A program made the position numbers and the translations under genes. 64,000 nucleotides of DNA from Octopus bimaculoides (Eukaryota), in assembly GCF_001194135.2 (NCBI RefSeq), contig NC_068994.1, positions 20,547,225 through 20,611,224 of the forward strand. The letters run 5' to 3'. The notes under the pieces are model-generated. The model was not told the origin of the DNA. It made no database searches and worked only from the letters and a program-made list of their open reading frames with translations. Below, in pieces: positions 49,961 through 62,949 of this stretch; position 1 is the first letter of the stretch, and each line of letters opens with the position of its first letter.

Positions 49961-51347
49961 AACGTAGACAGTCTTTAACAGTAAATGTTTGTACGTGCGT
50001 GTAAATTAATGATTTTACTCTCAAAGACAAGTCTAAATACAGAATATATACACACACATACATGTATGTATATATGATTTTTCTTCGAGTTTTTCAAACC
50101 TTTTGATACCAACAGACCTACGGCCGCCCTTAGTTTTATGAAACAAATTTCCTCTTTTAAATGGATCTAAATTAAAACCTTCCATCAAAATTCCATGTTG
50201 TATATTCTGCACACCAGTTTAATAATAGCCATAATTTTAATGAATTTTTTATTATTAAGATTGATTGAAACAAAAGCAATTTATTTCAACAGAAATATGG
50301 TAATAAAAGAGCTGTTCAAGCCAGTCGCTAACAAAGCGACGAGATATTTTTTGTTAAGAGAGTTCCTGGTGTTTGTAAATGTGATTGAATTTACATGTTT
50401 GTTGAGCTGTCGATAGATGTATGCATATATGTATGTATACACGCGCGCTCCTTCACAAACACAGTTGCAAGTGCAAATCCAAGAAATAGAGTTTACACAT
50501 TTTTAGAAGGAATGATTGGTTATGTCGAAAGTCAGGGTTTCTCGCTATGTGCAATCCGTCTCGTGCCAAAAAGAAAATAAAAGCTTTATCGTCTAAAGGA
50601 TTGCACACAGTGAGAAACTCGGAGTAACGACGGAGTGAATCTGCCGCTTCAAACTATTTTTGTCCAATTTACACATCCAAAAGCCTGGGTTTACCACTCA
50701 GTCATGTCAAGCCAGATGGTTAAACAGTAGCTGTGGGGTGATCCGCCCCGGATGACGCTTTTTTATGGGGGCATCACTAGTGTCTGCTGTATAAGCTTAA
50801 GCCTTTATAAGTTTATACTCTGGGAGAGAGAAGCAGCAAACTTAAGGGCTACCTCGAGTGGCACACAACCTGGTTAAGCCATTGTAGTTAAGAGGTTCGC
50901 TTAGCAATCCCGTGTTCTGTCCCACTGCATTGCATCTTGAGCGAGTGTCAGAAAAACATTCAACCATTTTTACTTTCATTCAGTGAGTACACAGTATAGT
51001 TTACTGAACAACTGGAATACTTATTGATAAAACCGACAAACGAACATATTTACTTACGCATGCATATATACGTAAGTAATAAGATACATACATACATACA
51101 TACAAACAATATGTGAGTTTTGTGTATGTTACCCTCAATTATTTCGCTGATCTACTATGTGCCAACAAAATTTACTATATACTTTAGAAAATCGTATTTT
51201 GTCACCCTTCCAGCTTTGAAGAGAAAATATAGCATATATCCAAACTATTTCTATTTCTTGTTCAATCGGAAGCGAGAAAATGTATTAAGTTCTGTCTAGA
51301 ACTGTATAGAAATATACTCTGTTTTAAGAATTAACGTACATATATAC

Positions 51348-51467
51348 CTGGTCATTTCTAAACTCTTGAAGGAGTCTCTTCTTGTAAGCTGATTCCAAAA
51401 ATTCCTGGTCCGCGTCAATAAATAAAAGAACACTGCTCTGATTAAACAGCAAAAGCCCTTTCATCAT
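51348..51467 (-). CDS. HPS1: HPS1 coding exon 1 (MMKGLLLFNQSSVLLFIDADQEFLESAYKKRLLQEFRNDQ)
   Basis: ATG at 51467, 40 codons, donor CAG|GTATAT, phase 0. Resembles the human HPS1 N-terminus as recalled ([24 protein letters not shown]). Lies in a CpG-rich domain. Confidence 0.85.
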
Positions 51468-51954
51468 GACATTAAAACATTTCCGAATGAGATAAAACTA
51501 TCGTCTGCCAATTTCGCCTAAATGTAGTACAAACACCGGTTTGTTTATAACTTCCGGTGTAGGCGGTGTTTTTTTAAAAAAGCAGTCGAGAATAAAAATT
51601 GTTAGAAAGCGTTAGCGTTTACATTGATTACAAAAATGCCATAAATTTCACCATTATTATAAATCTATTGTTTTCTGTTTCGTTATTTTCTCTTTTCATA
51701 TTTTTAACTTTTATCCATCTGTCAAACTATTCTGTTCTTCAATTCGATAGAAATAGCTCGTGTTTCACTAACCAATGAGTTAGAATAAGATAGCAGGAAT
51801 GTGTGTATAGTTTGTTTGAAATGGTGTATGGATTTTATATATTTTAAGAAAAAAGAGGTAGTTAGAATTTATGATTTTGGATATTCTAATGACCTAGGTT
51901 AGAAACTGGCTCTTTCTCTATTGGCAAAAAATCTTGAAATAAAACTGAACAATG

Positions 51955-52170
51955 TTCTTTTCTACTCTAGGCACAAGGCCAGAAATTTTGGAGGAGGGGG
52001 CAGTCGATTAGATCGACCCCAGTACATAACTGGTATTTAATTCATCGACCCTAAAAGGATGAAAAGCAAAGTCGACCTCAGCGGAATTTGAACTCAGAAC
52101 GTAAAGACAGACAAAATACCGCTAAGCATTTCGCTCGGCATGCTAACGTTTCTGCCAGCTCGCCTCCTTA
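51955..52170 (-). mobile_element. SINE family B
   Basis: Reverse complement of the 63572 copy. Decayed copies at about 710-818, 2925-3060, 18150-18362, 18420-18560, 30095-30220, 33405-33625, 34310-34510 and 41820-41930. Confidence 0.85.
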
Positions 52171-52219
52171 TAAAACTGAATATTGACACACACACACACA
52201 CACCAACATCATCAGCTTT

Positions 52220-52400
52220 TCATTTCCTGTTAGAGGCGGCTTTATGGTCAATGGAAGGAAAGTAAGTATAGAGGGTGACATCTTCTGCATAGGAATAGGC
52301 GTTGCTGGAGGTGATGACAAGAAAGTAATTGGTGTGTGCAGGATAGGACCAAAGCCTGAAGCACACCAGTTAACTTGATTTTTTTAACTATATCCCAATG
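52220..52400 (-). mobile_element. CR1/L2-type RT relic
   Basis: GVLQGFGPIL...YAEDVTLY (degenerate GVPQGSVLGP...YADD). Confidence 0.5.
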
Positions 52401-53029
52401 GGTTTGATTTTCAATCATCATCAGGTGTCTTACCCTTAGATACAAACATTATATCAGACTGAAATTGAGCTAGGAGCCTTTATTTCTAAACTCATGGTAG
52501 TAACACATTTATATACTAGATCACATCTGCTAAAGACATTTTTTGACATTGACACAATCATCTAATATACTGCATTCCAGAATCTTAAATGGCTAGGAAG
52601 CTAAAGATCTCACTCACACAAGTGGATGGAAGTAGTTGTTTCATTCTGTCAGATTTCAGTTTGTACAGTGAGTGCTGATTGCATCACCGAAAGTAATAAA
52701 ACCTGGCAAGTTTATGAAGATATTAAATAAATAATTTCATATTTCTACATAGAAGTACCCTCGCCAAGTCACATACTATCTAATAGTTGTTATATTCTAG
52801 AGTATAATGGCTTTGAAAATTATAGAAATAAGAAAATACCTAAAAATACATTAAAAAATTTAGCATCTGATTTTGTAGATTATTGTTCCCAACAGATTGC
52901 CTAGTCACACAATTCTGTTATCAACCTTTTTATATGTTACTTTTCAAGTGGATTAAAACATTATAGAAAGAAAAGCATTCAAATATTAAAATATACTGTG
53001 AAACTCAGTTGTCTAAACTAATTTATAAT

Positions 53030-53180
53030 TGAGTGGTTGGCGTTAGGAAGGGCATCCAGCTGTAGAAACTCTGCCAAATTAGATTGGAGCCTGGTGTTGC
53101 CATCCGGTTTCACCAGTCCTCAGTCAAATCGTCCAACCCATGCTAGCATGGAAAGCGGACGTTAAACGATGATGATGATT
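53030..53180 (+). mobile_element. Short RTE 3' tail with ATTGAGTG flanking duplication
   Basis: ATTGAGTG at 53028-53035 and 53178-53185. Confidence 0.8.
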
Positions 53181-55447
53181 GAGTGAGAAAGCAGTGACAT
53201 GGGGGTATAAATATACAAAGCCCAATATACCGATCATGACTAACCATCTGATAAGGGCACACCAGGCACATGCATCACAACTGTATGTGCATGACATAGT
53301 GATCTCATATCAAGACAAAGAGTGCATGACCTTGCAGGTGAGGCTTAGTCAGAATTTACTTTAGATTGAGTAGCCCATCCCACTCGAAAGGTCCCCGAAT
53401 AAGGTTTGTTTAAGGCTGATGAACAAAACACCTATGTTTCCAGAGATGAATTATTCAAACCCCAAAGAATTGCTCTCAGCACATGGCTATGATGCTCCCC
53501 ATTTACTTCTGCTCATACATATCATCAGCCAACAAGGGACATACTCAACTGGTTAAGGTCAAACAACTGACATGCAAATCTGTGGTATTGAGCAGAATAT
53601 TTGTTGTAACCCATCTTTTATACCAAGACAAAACATGTGCATGATAGCATTTCCAATCAGCTAAGATCAAAAACCATGATAGCCTTATTATTATTGTTGT
53701 TGTTGTTGTTGTGAGTTTTTCTTCTTCCTTCAATTTTGTTTCTATTTCTTGCCATGTGACTTCCTGATACCTAGCGCAATGAAACTCACTGATAGACCAT
53801 TAAAATAAGGACATCAGATTGTTCATATTCAAAGTCAAATAAAGTTATCTTGCAAAAAAATATTTACATGGAAGGTTATCTCTCTCAAAGTAACAATGCT
53901 CTTCTCAATATGTATAACGTTTCAGTTTAAACAATCTTTTGGGCTTCTTGCAGGGATAGTAAGTTAGGAGTCATTCTCAAATAATTTTCAGTTCCTTTTT
54001 TTGATCATTTATAGTGCTCCTGCAATCACTGGTATTGTAACTGTCTTGAGATACTGCATTTTTTTCAATTTCAATGAGCTAATCTTTGTATTTTCTGAGC
54101 TTATCAAATTATTTTACCACAATATTATGATAACAAGGGATAATCATCATCATTGTCATCATTTAACATCCATTTCCCATGTTGGCATGTGTTGGACAGA
54201 TTGACAGGAGCTAGCCAGCAAGAGCGCTATCTCAGCACCAATTGTCTGTTTTGGCAGGTTTTTACAGGTGGATGCCCTTCCTAATGTCAACCACTAGGGA
54301 ATAAATGTTTGTCGATCGTATTTGAAAAAGATGTGTGGCTATTTTTTGTTGTTGTTATCATGGTGAAGGACGGAGTTCGAAATAAGTTACAATTCCTGGC
54401 AATTAGAATGAGGTATGTATATGAAAATGAAACCATTAAAGTGAAAGTATCTGTCATTACAGTATCGAAATGTGATTGTTTCAGTTTTGGTACTGAAATA
54501 GTTTTCTTTTACTGTCAGTGTTTCTCCTTCCTTTCTTTTTGTATTTGTTGCTGGATTGTTCGTAAAGGTTCATAAGAGAAAGTAGGAGTTGAAAGGATTT
54601 GTAAAGGTAGTAGAAAGAGGAAATTAGATTTTATTAGGGGGGGGGGGTTANNNNNNNNNNNNNNNNNNNNNNNNNNNNNNNNNNNNNNNATTTGTGTAGT
54701 TTTATGGATTTTATTCATAATGAGGAGTTATTTTGACTGAAAAAATGATGCTGTGACTTAACTTATTGTATTTAGAATATTAATTCCGATTCTTTAATTC
54801 AAGAAATTTGGAATTGTGTATATGTATGAATTTTAAACACACACACACACACACACACACAGAGAAAATCTGCCTTTTATAGATAAGATACATACAATCA
54901 AACATAGCAGATAATAGCTAACCTTTCGCTGCTGTTTGGACCTCGTTGTGTCCACCACTCTGATTGGTTGGTACTGGTGCAATTTGTCTCTTATTCTAAT
55001 GCACCAATATGTAACCTAACTAATCACAGCCTCCAAATAAATCACGTGAGACAGCTGTTCACAATCCAATTTTGAGCCTACTGTTAGCTATAAAAACTCA
55101 AATTCTCCACATCTTGGGGTCTGTTGGTTCCAGACCTTCTAAGGTCTACGTACACAGCACTAGCAACACTGCCTTTGTTCAGGGAACACTTGTCTTCTAC
55201 TGTGCCATTTTGGATTCCGGCATCTTTCATAAACTTGCTGCTATGTTTTCCAATGCTTCATGCTTTATTTCTGCAACTGCTTTTCTAGCATTTAACAAAT
55301 CTACATCAGTTGGATGAAGGTACTCACTAGAAAAATAAATAATTTTCAGCTCATTGTTTTCACACTAAACACAGCCTTCTTTTCGCACATCTCCAGTATT
55401 CTTTTCCTAGTTTTGTATTACTTGAATGAAAATTGTAGATGTAATTG

Positions 55448-57027
55448 TTAGGTTGTTTCACATGAAATGTTATATTTGAAAGGTAATAATGGAATGTTTT
55501 AGAAGTGTTAGAGAACTGATTTATTTAATCAAAGTATGATCCATGTTCATTTATGATGTTTACCCAATCTATCTCTATGTCATATATTCCATCTTTTAAA
55601 AAAATTCATCTTTTGCTGTGATAAACTGTCCAAATGCTTCAATTATCTCTTCTCGATTTAAGAATGTTTTTATGCTTATGAAAAGTTCAAAATGCTTAAA
55701 TAAGTGATGATCAGAAGGAGAGATATCAGGGGAATAGGGAGGATGTTGCAAAATCTCATAATTCAAGCTTTGCAACTTTTGGACCCAAGCTTGAGGAGTG
55801 TGAGGACATGCATTCATCATCATCATCATCATCATCATCGTTTAACGTCCGCTTTCCATGCTAGCATGGGTTGGACGATTTGACTGAGGACTGGTGAAAC
55901 CGGATGGCAACACCAGGCTCCAGTCTGATTTGGCAGAGTTTCTACAGCTGGATGCCCTTCCTAACGCCAACCACTCAGAGAGTGTAGTGGGTGCTTTTAC
56001 GTGTCACCCGCACGAAAACGGCCACGCTCGAAATGGTGTCTTTTATGTGCCACCCGCACAAGCCAGTCCAGGGGCACTGGCAACGATCTCGCTCGAAAAT
56101 CCTACAGGAGCCAGTCAGGCGGTACTGGCAACGGCCACGCTCAAAATGGTGCATCTCATGTGCCACCCGCACGTGGATCAAAATTGAGCCATCTCTATTC
56201 ACTAGTATGGGTAGCTTCTTTTTCAAATTCTCATGCATACAATCAATTTCCTGGTGATACAATGTTGCTGTTACCGTTTTTCCTTGTTGCAAAAATGAAT
56301 AATGAATAACTCCCTTTGCAGACCACCATACAGTGACCACTAACTTCTTAGGGTGCAATGGTGGGTTTGGGTAGTGTTTAGGTGACTCTCCTGCATCTAA
56401 TCACTGTCCTGTTCTCCTGCTGTTGTCAAAGAGTATCCATTTCTCATCACAAATAATGATTTGATGCAAAAATGGTCTTTTTCCAGTCAAGAAGGCAATA
56501 AGGAGCACACTTCGAGGCGCCTGTGCTTTTGAAACTCGTTCAGTTGATGTGGAACAAACCTATCTGTTTTCTTGACTTTTCCAATTTTTTTACAGGTGTC
56601 CAAAAACAGTTGTGCGAGATGTTTGGAGTTCTGATGAAAGTTTTCGAACCTTTGCTTTCGGATTTTGTTCAACCAAAGCATTTAATCCATCATGCCAAAT
56701 AACTGATTTTAGCCTACCCCTTGGTTTATTTTTAAGGCTATCATCTCTTGAACAAGAGCTTTGGAACCATCTCTGAACAGTTCTGATGTCAACAACACCA
56801 TTACCAAAGGCCCTCTTGATATTCTGTAGAGCTTCTGTGGCAGAAAATCACTCAACATAGTTTGGTTGTTATCATTTTCATAAGGTCTATGGGTACGAAT
56901 TTTGTATACCAATATTGTTGGGAAAGAAAAAGAGTCAAGATTAAAATCAAAGTATACATAATTAAGTTTTTAAATGACTGAAATAACAAGTAATTAAAAA
57001 TGCGACATTTCATATGAACCAACCTAA
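55448..57027 (-). mobile_element. Full-length decayed mariner interrupted by an RTE 3' tail
   Basis: 23-bp TIRs (2 mismatches). Contains FVPHQL, KLVVTVWW and HPPYSPDISPSD motifs; insert at 55817-56175. Confidence 0.9.
55817..56175 (-). mobile_element. RTE 3' UTR insertion
   Basis: Near-identical reverse complement of the sequenced parts of 47935-48345; (GAT)n tail. Confidence 0.85.
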
Positions 57028-58119
57028 TACTTTCATCAACTACTTTTTTTTTTTTTTTTTGGTCGATGCTATGAACTTTGTCATTTTGGAATGGGTAAAG
57101 TAAAGATTTGTACACTAAATTTGCAGCACTCTCTATACACAGCACCACACTTAAGCGAGAGAAGGAAAAAGAGAAAGTAAAACTGTTAACAGAGAAGGAA
57201 AAAGATTGATAATAACAATCCTATAATGAGGCTCGTTATAGTTCTGTGAATATATCATTGTTTTCTAAAGAGTTTATTTAAAATTGGACAAAATGTCATT
57301 GGACAAAAAAATCCTCAGACAAAAAGATGCTGGACCAAAAGATGTAGATGAAAAGATGTTTGATGAAATGACAATGGACGAAGACATAGCACCATGGATA
57401 CAGACAGATCTGATGCCATCACTTGATACACATAATGGAAGAGAAGTAAAGATAGAGCAATAAAGGGTAATGGTGGAAGAGAAGCAGAGTATAAATGTTG
57501 TATTCAGATATGTAAATAAAAAAGACTATTAAAGAAATAAATAAAACTTTTGTCAGCTGTTACAATAGATCATGGAATTTTAATCACTGAGACGGAATTT
57601 ATAAATTTGAATTGTAATGAATAGTATTTTTATCAATTATATGTCACAGTAACAAATGTTGCAGAGATAAGTTATCCATGAATCAATGCTGTGACCCAGT
57701 TTTCATTCTCCGTTATAGCCTCTTTTCTCTACTCACATTGAAAAAAGCATGAATGTGACTCCCACATTCCTTTCAAAATTTCTATTCTTTACCCTTAGAC
57801 TAGTGATAAAGTAGTTTCCTACCCATTCCAGTTCATGGATCACTGATACAGTCCAAGATAAATAGTGGACCATCATACGAAAAGAGCTTCTTTTTTTTCA
57901 TGAATGAATATACTGTATATATGAAAATATTTAATACATTTTAACACATATTTTCTGAGAAAAAAAGAAGACAAAATTCTATTTTGGTGATTATATTCAA
58001 AAGAAAACATGACAAACTGACATGTTATTTTTTATTAAACATTACTAATCTGGGAACTTTTTGATATCACTTCATATATATTCACTACAAAATTGGTTAG
58101 ATGTTTTCTGACTTCTTGG

Positions 58120-58580
58120 TTATCTGTCTTGATATCATATTGTTCATTCAACTTCCTTGTGGCTTCTTTACCAACAAGATGCATCATTTCTTTTGAAAAG
58201 AGTTACAAAACCTGTTCTGCAAAAGCATTAGACTTCTTGNNNNNNNNNNNNNNNNNNNNNNNNNNNNNNNNNNNNNNNNNNNNNNNNNNNNNNNNNNNNN
58301 NNNNNNNNNNNNNNNNNNNNNNNNNNNNNNNNNNNNNNNNNNNNNNNNNNNNNNNNNNNNNNNNNNNNNNNNNNNNNNNNNATGATTTTTTTTTCCATTT
58401 TGGCAAGTTCAGATAACACTATTCTAGATGCTTAACTGATTTCATAGAACAATTTTGCAAAGCTTTATAGCAAATCTCACATTATGGAACAATGTCTGCT
58501 TTCTTGCTAAATAAATTTGAATTTGACATATTCTTCAGAATATTTGCATTTAACATGTCTTCTTGTTATTACCAATGTTT
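58120..58580 (-). mobile_element. hAT Charlie/Buster transposase relic (BED finger region)
   Basis: KYSEEYVKF... and AFAEQVL*LFSKEMMHLVGKEATRKL resemble ZBED5/Buster-type motifs; spans an N gap. Confidence 0.55.
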
Positions 58581-60899
58581 TAGATCTTTGTAACAAAGCT
58601 GTTTCTTGAAAAAAATGACAGAAGTAATCTAGGTTTCACATCTGTGTGTTTGTGTGTGTGTGTGTGTGTGTGTATGTGTGTGTGTGTGTGCATGCCTGTA
58701 TGTATATACATATGTGTATGTATGTATGTATGTATGTATGTATGTATGTATGTATATCCATGTGTTGCTTGTTCCAACAAAAGTTGTAATTTATGAGTTG
58801 TACTGTTCTCATTTCTCCTATCAACAAATCATCAGTTCACTTTATGATTTCAAAGGTACATGAAATAAGAAATTCCTTACTTGAAAACAGTTAAGGGTTA
58901 GAGACAGGAAGGGCATCTAGCTGTAAAATGATGCCTCATATAATTGAAAGGAAACAATTCATCCCTTTAAGAGGAACAATCAGCCCTGAATACTGGTAAG
59001 AGATGTGAGGAGGGAATGGTAGGGAGGTGTAGGTGGATACATTTGTCAAAGCCCTGACTGTTATATAAATAATATAAAATGTTTGCTTTCTCTGTATCTG
59101 AAAGTATTGTTGCTTATAATTTGACACATGTAGCAGAGAAACACTTGATGAATACAAGATTTTGGAATTACTGACCAACTTTAAACTTAAAAAGAGATCC
59201 CAACTCACTTTTTAATGCTGGAAGGAAAAGCCAGAAAGGCTATGACAGAAATAAATATTACCACTTGAAATGCTGATTATGGAATGTAACAACTCTACCA
59301 GAAATTAAATGGACATTTTTCAGAGAATTCAAACCAAGTAACATTTATCACATGAATTGCTTGAATATTCACAGACAAATGACATAATAGTGACCACCTC
59401 ATCCAGTCTGATCATCTTGTTGCAAGACTTAAAGATCACAAAATAATTTCACTGGAACCTGTACTTATATATAGGGTACTATAGAATGAATTTATTGCTG
59501 GAAAATGAGCAATTAATGAAAGCTGGGGAGAGTGTAATAGTTAGTAATAGAGGAGGTCAGGGAGAGAGGAGAGAGAGTGAGAGAGAAAGAGAGAGAGAGA
59601 GAGAGAAGGAATTTTAGAGGTATGAGGATGGTACAATGCAGTCTTTTTATACAATGGCATAGTGAAAGGATGAGAATGGTTGATATAGTTCCTAATACAT
59701 AGGCCTAATAAAGGGTGAAAGAGTCATAGAGAGTAGATGGATGAATGCAGTTTCGTATATATAGGCCTAGAGGAGGAAAGTGGATCAACGGAGGTAGAAG
59801 TGTAAAGTGAGGGGTAGCAAGATGTGCAATGTATGCTTGGCAGAATACAAAGTATTTCAGCTTCTAAACACTACTTTTATATCAGAGTACATTGCATATT
59901 GTACATCAGTAAAGTCCTTTGTCATCTCTTCCATTCTAAAAACCTACTTGTTTGAAAGTTCATGTTATGTTCATTTTCTGCAGACCTCACTTGCAGCTAG
60001 AATACACATCTTGCAGATCTTACTTGCATTGTGTGCATACATTTATGCTGATTTCATCTGTATCTTGTGTATATGTGCATACAAACCTCACATTTTGCAC
60101 ACATAACATGTAGCTCTGACAGCTCCAACTTGTACCTGGCACATACATACATGATATTTTATTCCAGTCCCTTTGGTGACAAGGCATCTTTTCTTTTCAA
60201 TGCTGTTAGTAATTTTGCCGCTAGTTTTAGCTAGGTGTTGTTTTATATCAATGCTATTCTTTTTTCAAAGGCATCAATAATACTGCAGTTGATATACTCT
60301 CTATCATATTCATTTGAATATACTTCATACTTCTGCTTTTGTAGAGATTGCAGATGATCAGGTGCAAGATTAAGTGCTTTCATGTGTGGTGTGATGGAGG
60401 AAAAAGACAACAAGAAGCAAAAGGACAGAATGAAACGTTGGACCTTACCTTGTCGACCGCAGCGGAGTACACAATCGCTCTTGATCAAAACACATCTTTC
60501 TCGTAAGCTGTCTGTTTTCTGACTGCCCCCACGTGCTAGCCTTCAACACGTGTGGCCGACTTTCGGTCTGACCCTTCCGGTTTGGCTTCACTTCCGTTTG
60601 CCTCATCTCTCTCCACCAACAACACACAGCTCATCACAGCCCATAACACCACATCATGTTTCCAGATGGTTTTCTTCACTGATTTTTCAGTTTATGCCTC
60701 TTCCTTCTTCAGCTGGATCAAGCTTTCACCATGGTAGTTTAACACCATCTGTGTGTCTTTTACTAGTGTTCTTATTCCACATCTATTTATATACAATGGG
60801 TGGTATGCCTTATATATACATTCATTCAATTGGCACAGTTCTCAGCATATCTGTATTTGATGATCACTAACTACTACAAACTAACTGCCCATCTAAATG

Positions 60900-61560
60900 T
60901 GAATATGTGAACATTGCCCTTATTTTGGTAGCTTCCTGTTTGTCCAATGTACATCATCAAAGTACATAGAACAGAATCCAAGCAGTACACTCAGCCTTTG
61001 GGAAGCTCTCCAGTAGAGTCTTTGGGAGCAGTAGTCTTACCATGCATACCAAAATGTTGGTGTACAATACTATAGTTGTGTCTACTCTGCTGTATGGGTG
61101 TGAAACATGGATCTGTACTGCCATGACCTGAAAAAGCTTGAAAAATTCCATCAAAAGAAACTCAGGTCTATCTTGAACATTGAATGGGAAGACAATGTTA
61201 CCAACATTGATGTACCAAAGAGAGTGGACCAAATTAGCATGGAGGTTATAATCATTAAGCACCATCTCAGATAGGCAGGTCATGTGGCTTGCATGGGGGA
61301 AAACAGGCTTCCAAAGATATTCCTATTTGGGGAACTGAACAATGGGAGATGCTTTTGTGGACATCTCTTGCAATGCTACAAAGACTAATTGAAGGGCACT
61401 CTGAAGAGTACTGTTATAGCCCAAAATTCCTGTGAAATTACAGCCAACCATTGCATTGTTTGGCGCAATTTGACCAAGGCAGGAATATCTTGTTTTGAAG
61501 AAAACAAGAACAGATATCAGAATGATATGACAACATAGGAAAGACAGAACAACCCAACCC
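60900..61560 (+). mobile_element. RTE-BovB-like LINE 3' fragment
   Basis: SAFGKL..RVF...TKMLVY..IVVSTLLYGCETW...RLPKIFLFGEL. Confidence 0.8.
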
Positions 61561-62949
61561 CAACCAGTTCTTACAATCCAATCCAATGCAATTCTTGTAA
61601 TAGGCTGTTTAGAGCAGGAATTGGGCTTATTAGCTATCAGAAAGCCCATCATCCCCAACAGCACAAATGCCCCCCACCCTTCACCCTCTGGACTGAAATG
61701 TACTAAATACTTGGAAACAAGTCCTTGCTTCTTCCACTGCTGCTGCCACTGACTACACTCTGCCCATCTAGAGGTGACTAAGCATGGTAGAAGCTACTAT
61801 TCCTTACATACGCATACATATTGACTGTTTGTTAATCACATCTTGCTCTGTATTGCTTATGTTATTTCTCTGTAGGGTAAATAATAACCATTTTCAGGCT
61901 ATTTCTCAAACACACATACAAATGTATCAGCATATATTTATCAATACATAACATACAGTGCACACAATGGTAATTTTCCTTTGTAAGCTATTATATTTGT
62001 AATTTTGAATTTGTTAGAATTCTAAATTTGTAGCCAGTTATGCCATACAATCCAGAATTTAAGTTATGTCACTACACTACAAATTTTGTTGGCCAACCAA
62101 CATCCTTCATTCTGGTATGGTGATTTCTATTGGGATGTTATATAACCTGGTTTTTAAAAAGAAAATCTAGGCAAATCTAGGCAATTTGGAAGATTTTCTC
62201 ATCCAGTGCATGCACACTCTTCTTGTTGACACTTCTTTTGGACAGTAATTTCCATACACAATGTATTTCTCTAATATATTCTTTTATTCTCTTACTTGTT
62301 TTAGTCATTTGACTGCAGCCATGCCAGAGCACCACCTTAAGAGATTTTAGTTGAAGAAATCGATCCCAGGACTTATTCTTTGTAAGTCTAGTACTTATTT
62401 TATCAGTCTATTTTGCCAAACTGCTAAGTTATGGGGATATAAACACACCAACATCAGTTGTCAAGCAACGAGAGAAACACATACAAAAAAACAAAGGGCT
62501 TCTTTCAGTTTCTGTGAACCAAATCCACTTACAAGGCTTTGGTCAGCTTGAGGTTATAGTAGAAGGCTTTTGCCCAAAGTGCTATGCAGTAGCACTGAAC
62601 CCAGAATGATGTGGTTGGGAAGCAAGCTTTGTACCACACAGCTACACCTTTGTCTATATTAAAGACAATGTCATCATGAAACTGAAACACTAAACAATTT
62701 GTTCTGAATTACTGAATATTTTGCCTTTTGCTGTATATATCTGGCAATGTGTAATGATTGTTCTTTGCACATGTACAGAATTTGACCAGTTGATAGTTTA
62801 AATACTATTTTCTATTGTTCTTCTTCAGGAAACTTCTTTTCTATGTATCTGTCCTATAAGTGTGATTAAATAATTTTGATACTGGAATTTTCTTCTTGTC
62901 ATTTTATTTTCATTCTTATCACCATTAATCATGCTTAATGAAAAATAAA

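Larger units (their letters stand above)
49200..52170. promoter_or_regulatory. CpG-retaining promoter domain around HPS1 exon 1
   Basis: CG dinucleotides are visibly frequent here against TG/CA-rich flanks. The domain contains the HPS1 ATG, an ETS-type CCGGAAGT (minus strand, 51550-51557) and a near-palindrome AAACACCGGTTTGTTT. Confidence 0.65.
54900..57410 (-). mobile_element. MULE-type (FLYWCH) transposon relic, split by the mariner
   Basis: Removing the mariner restores VVDESNYIYNFHSSNTKLGKEYWRCAKR (FLYWCH-like), followed by EYLHPTDVDLLNARKAVAEIK. Repeated GGACAAAAA units at 57290-57400 look like a terminus. Confidence 0.55.

Noticed and set aside
55228-55327. Apparent terminal exon of a second minus-strand gene (EYLHPTDVDLLNARKAVAEIK...)
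   Set aside because: The upstream YWRC/FLYWCH-like frame and the HxP...KA..IK pattern fit a decayed MULE transposase better. The candidate upstream exon near 57734-57870 needs a frameshift.
59800-60420. ORFs of 81-99 aa
   Set aside because: No supported splice or phase chain and no recognised motif; probably old transposon debris.
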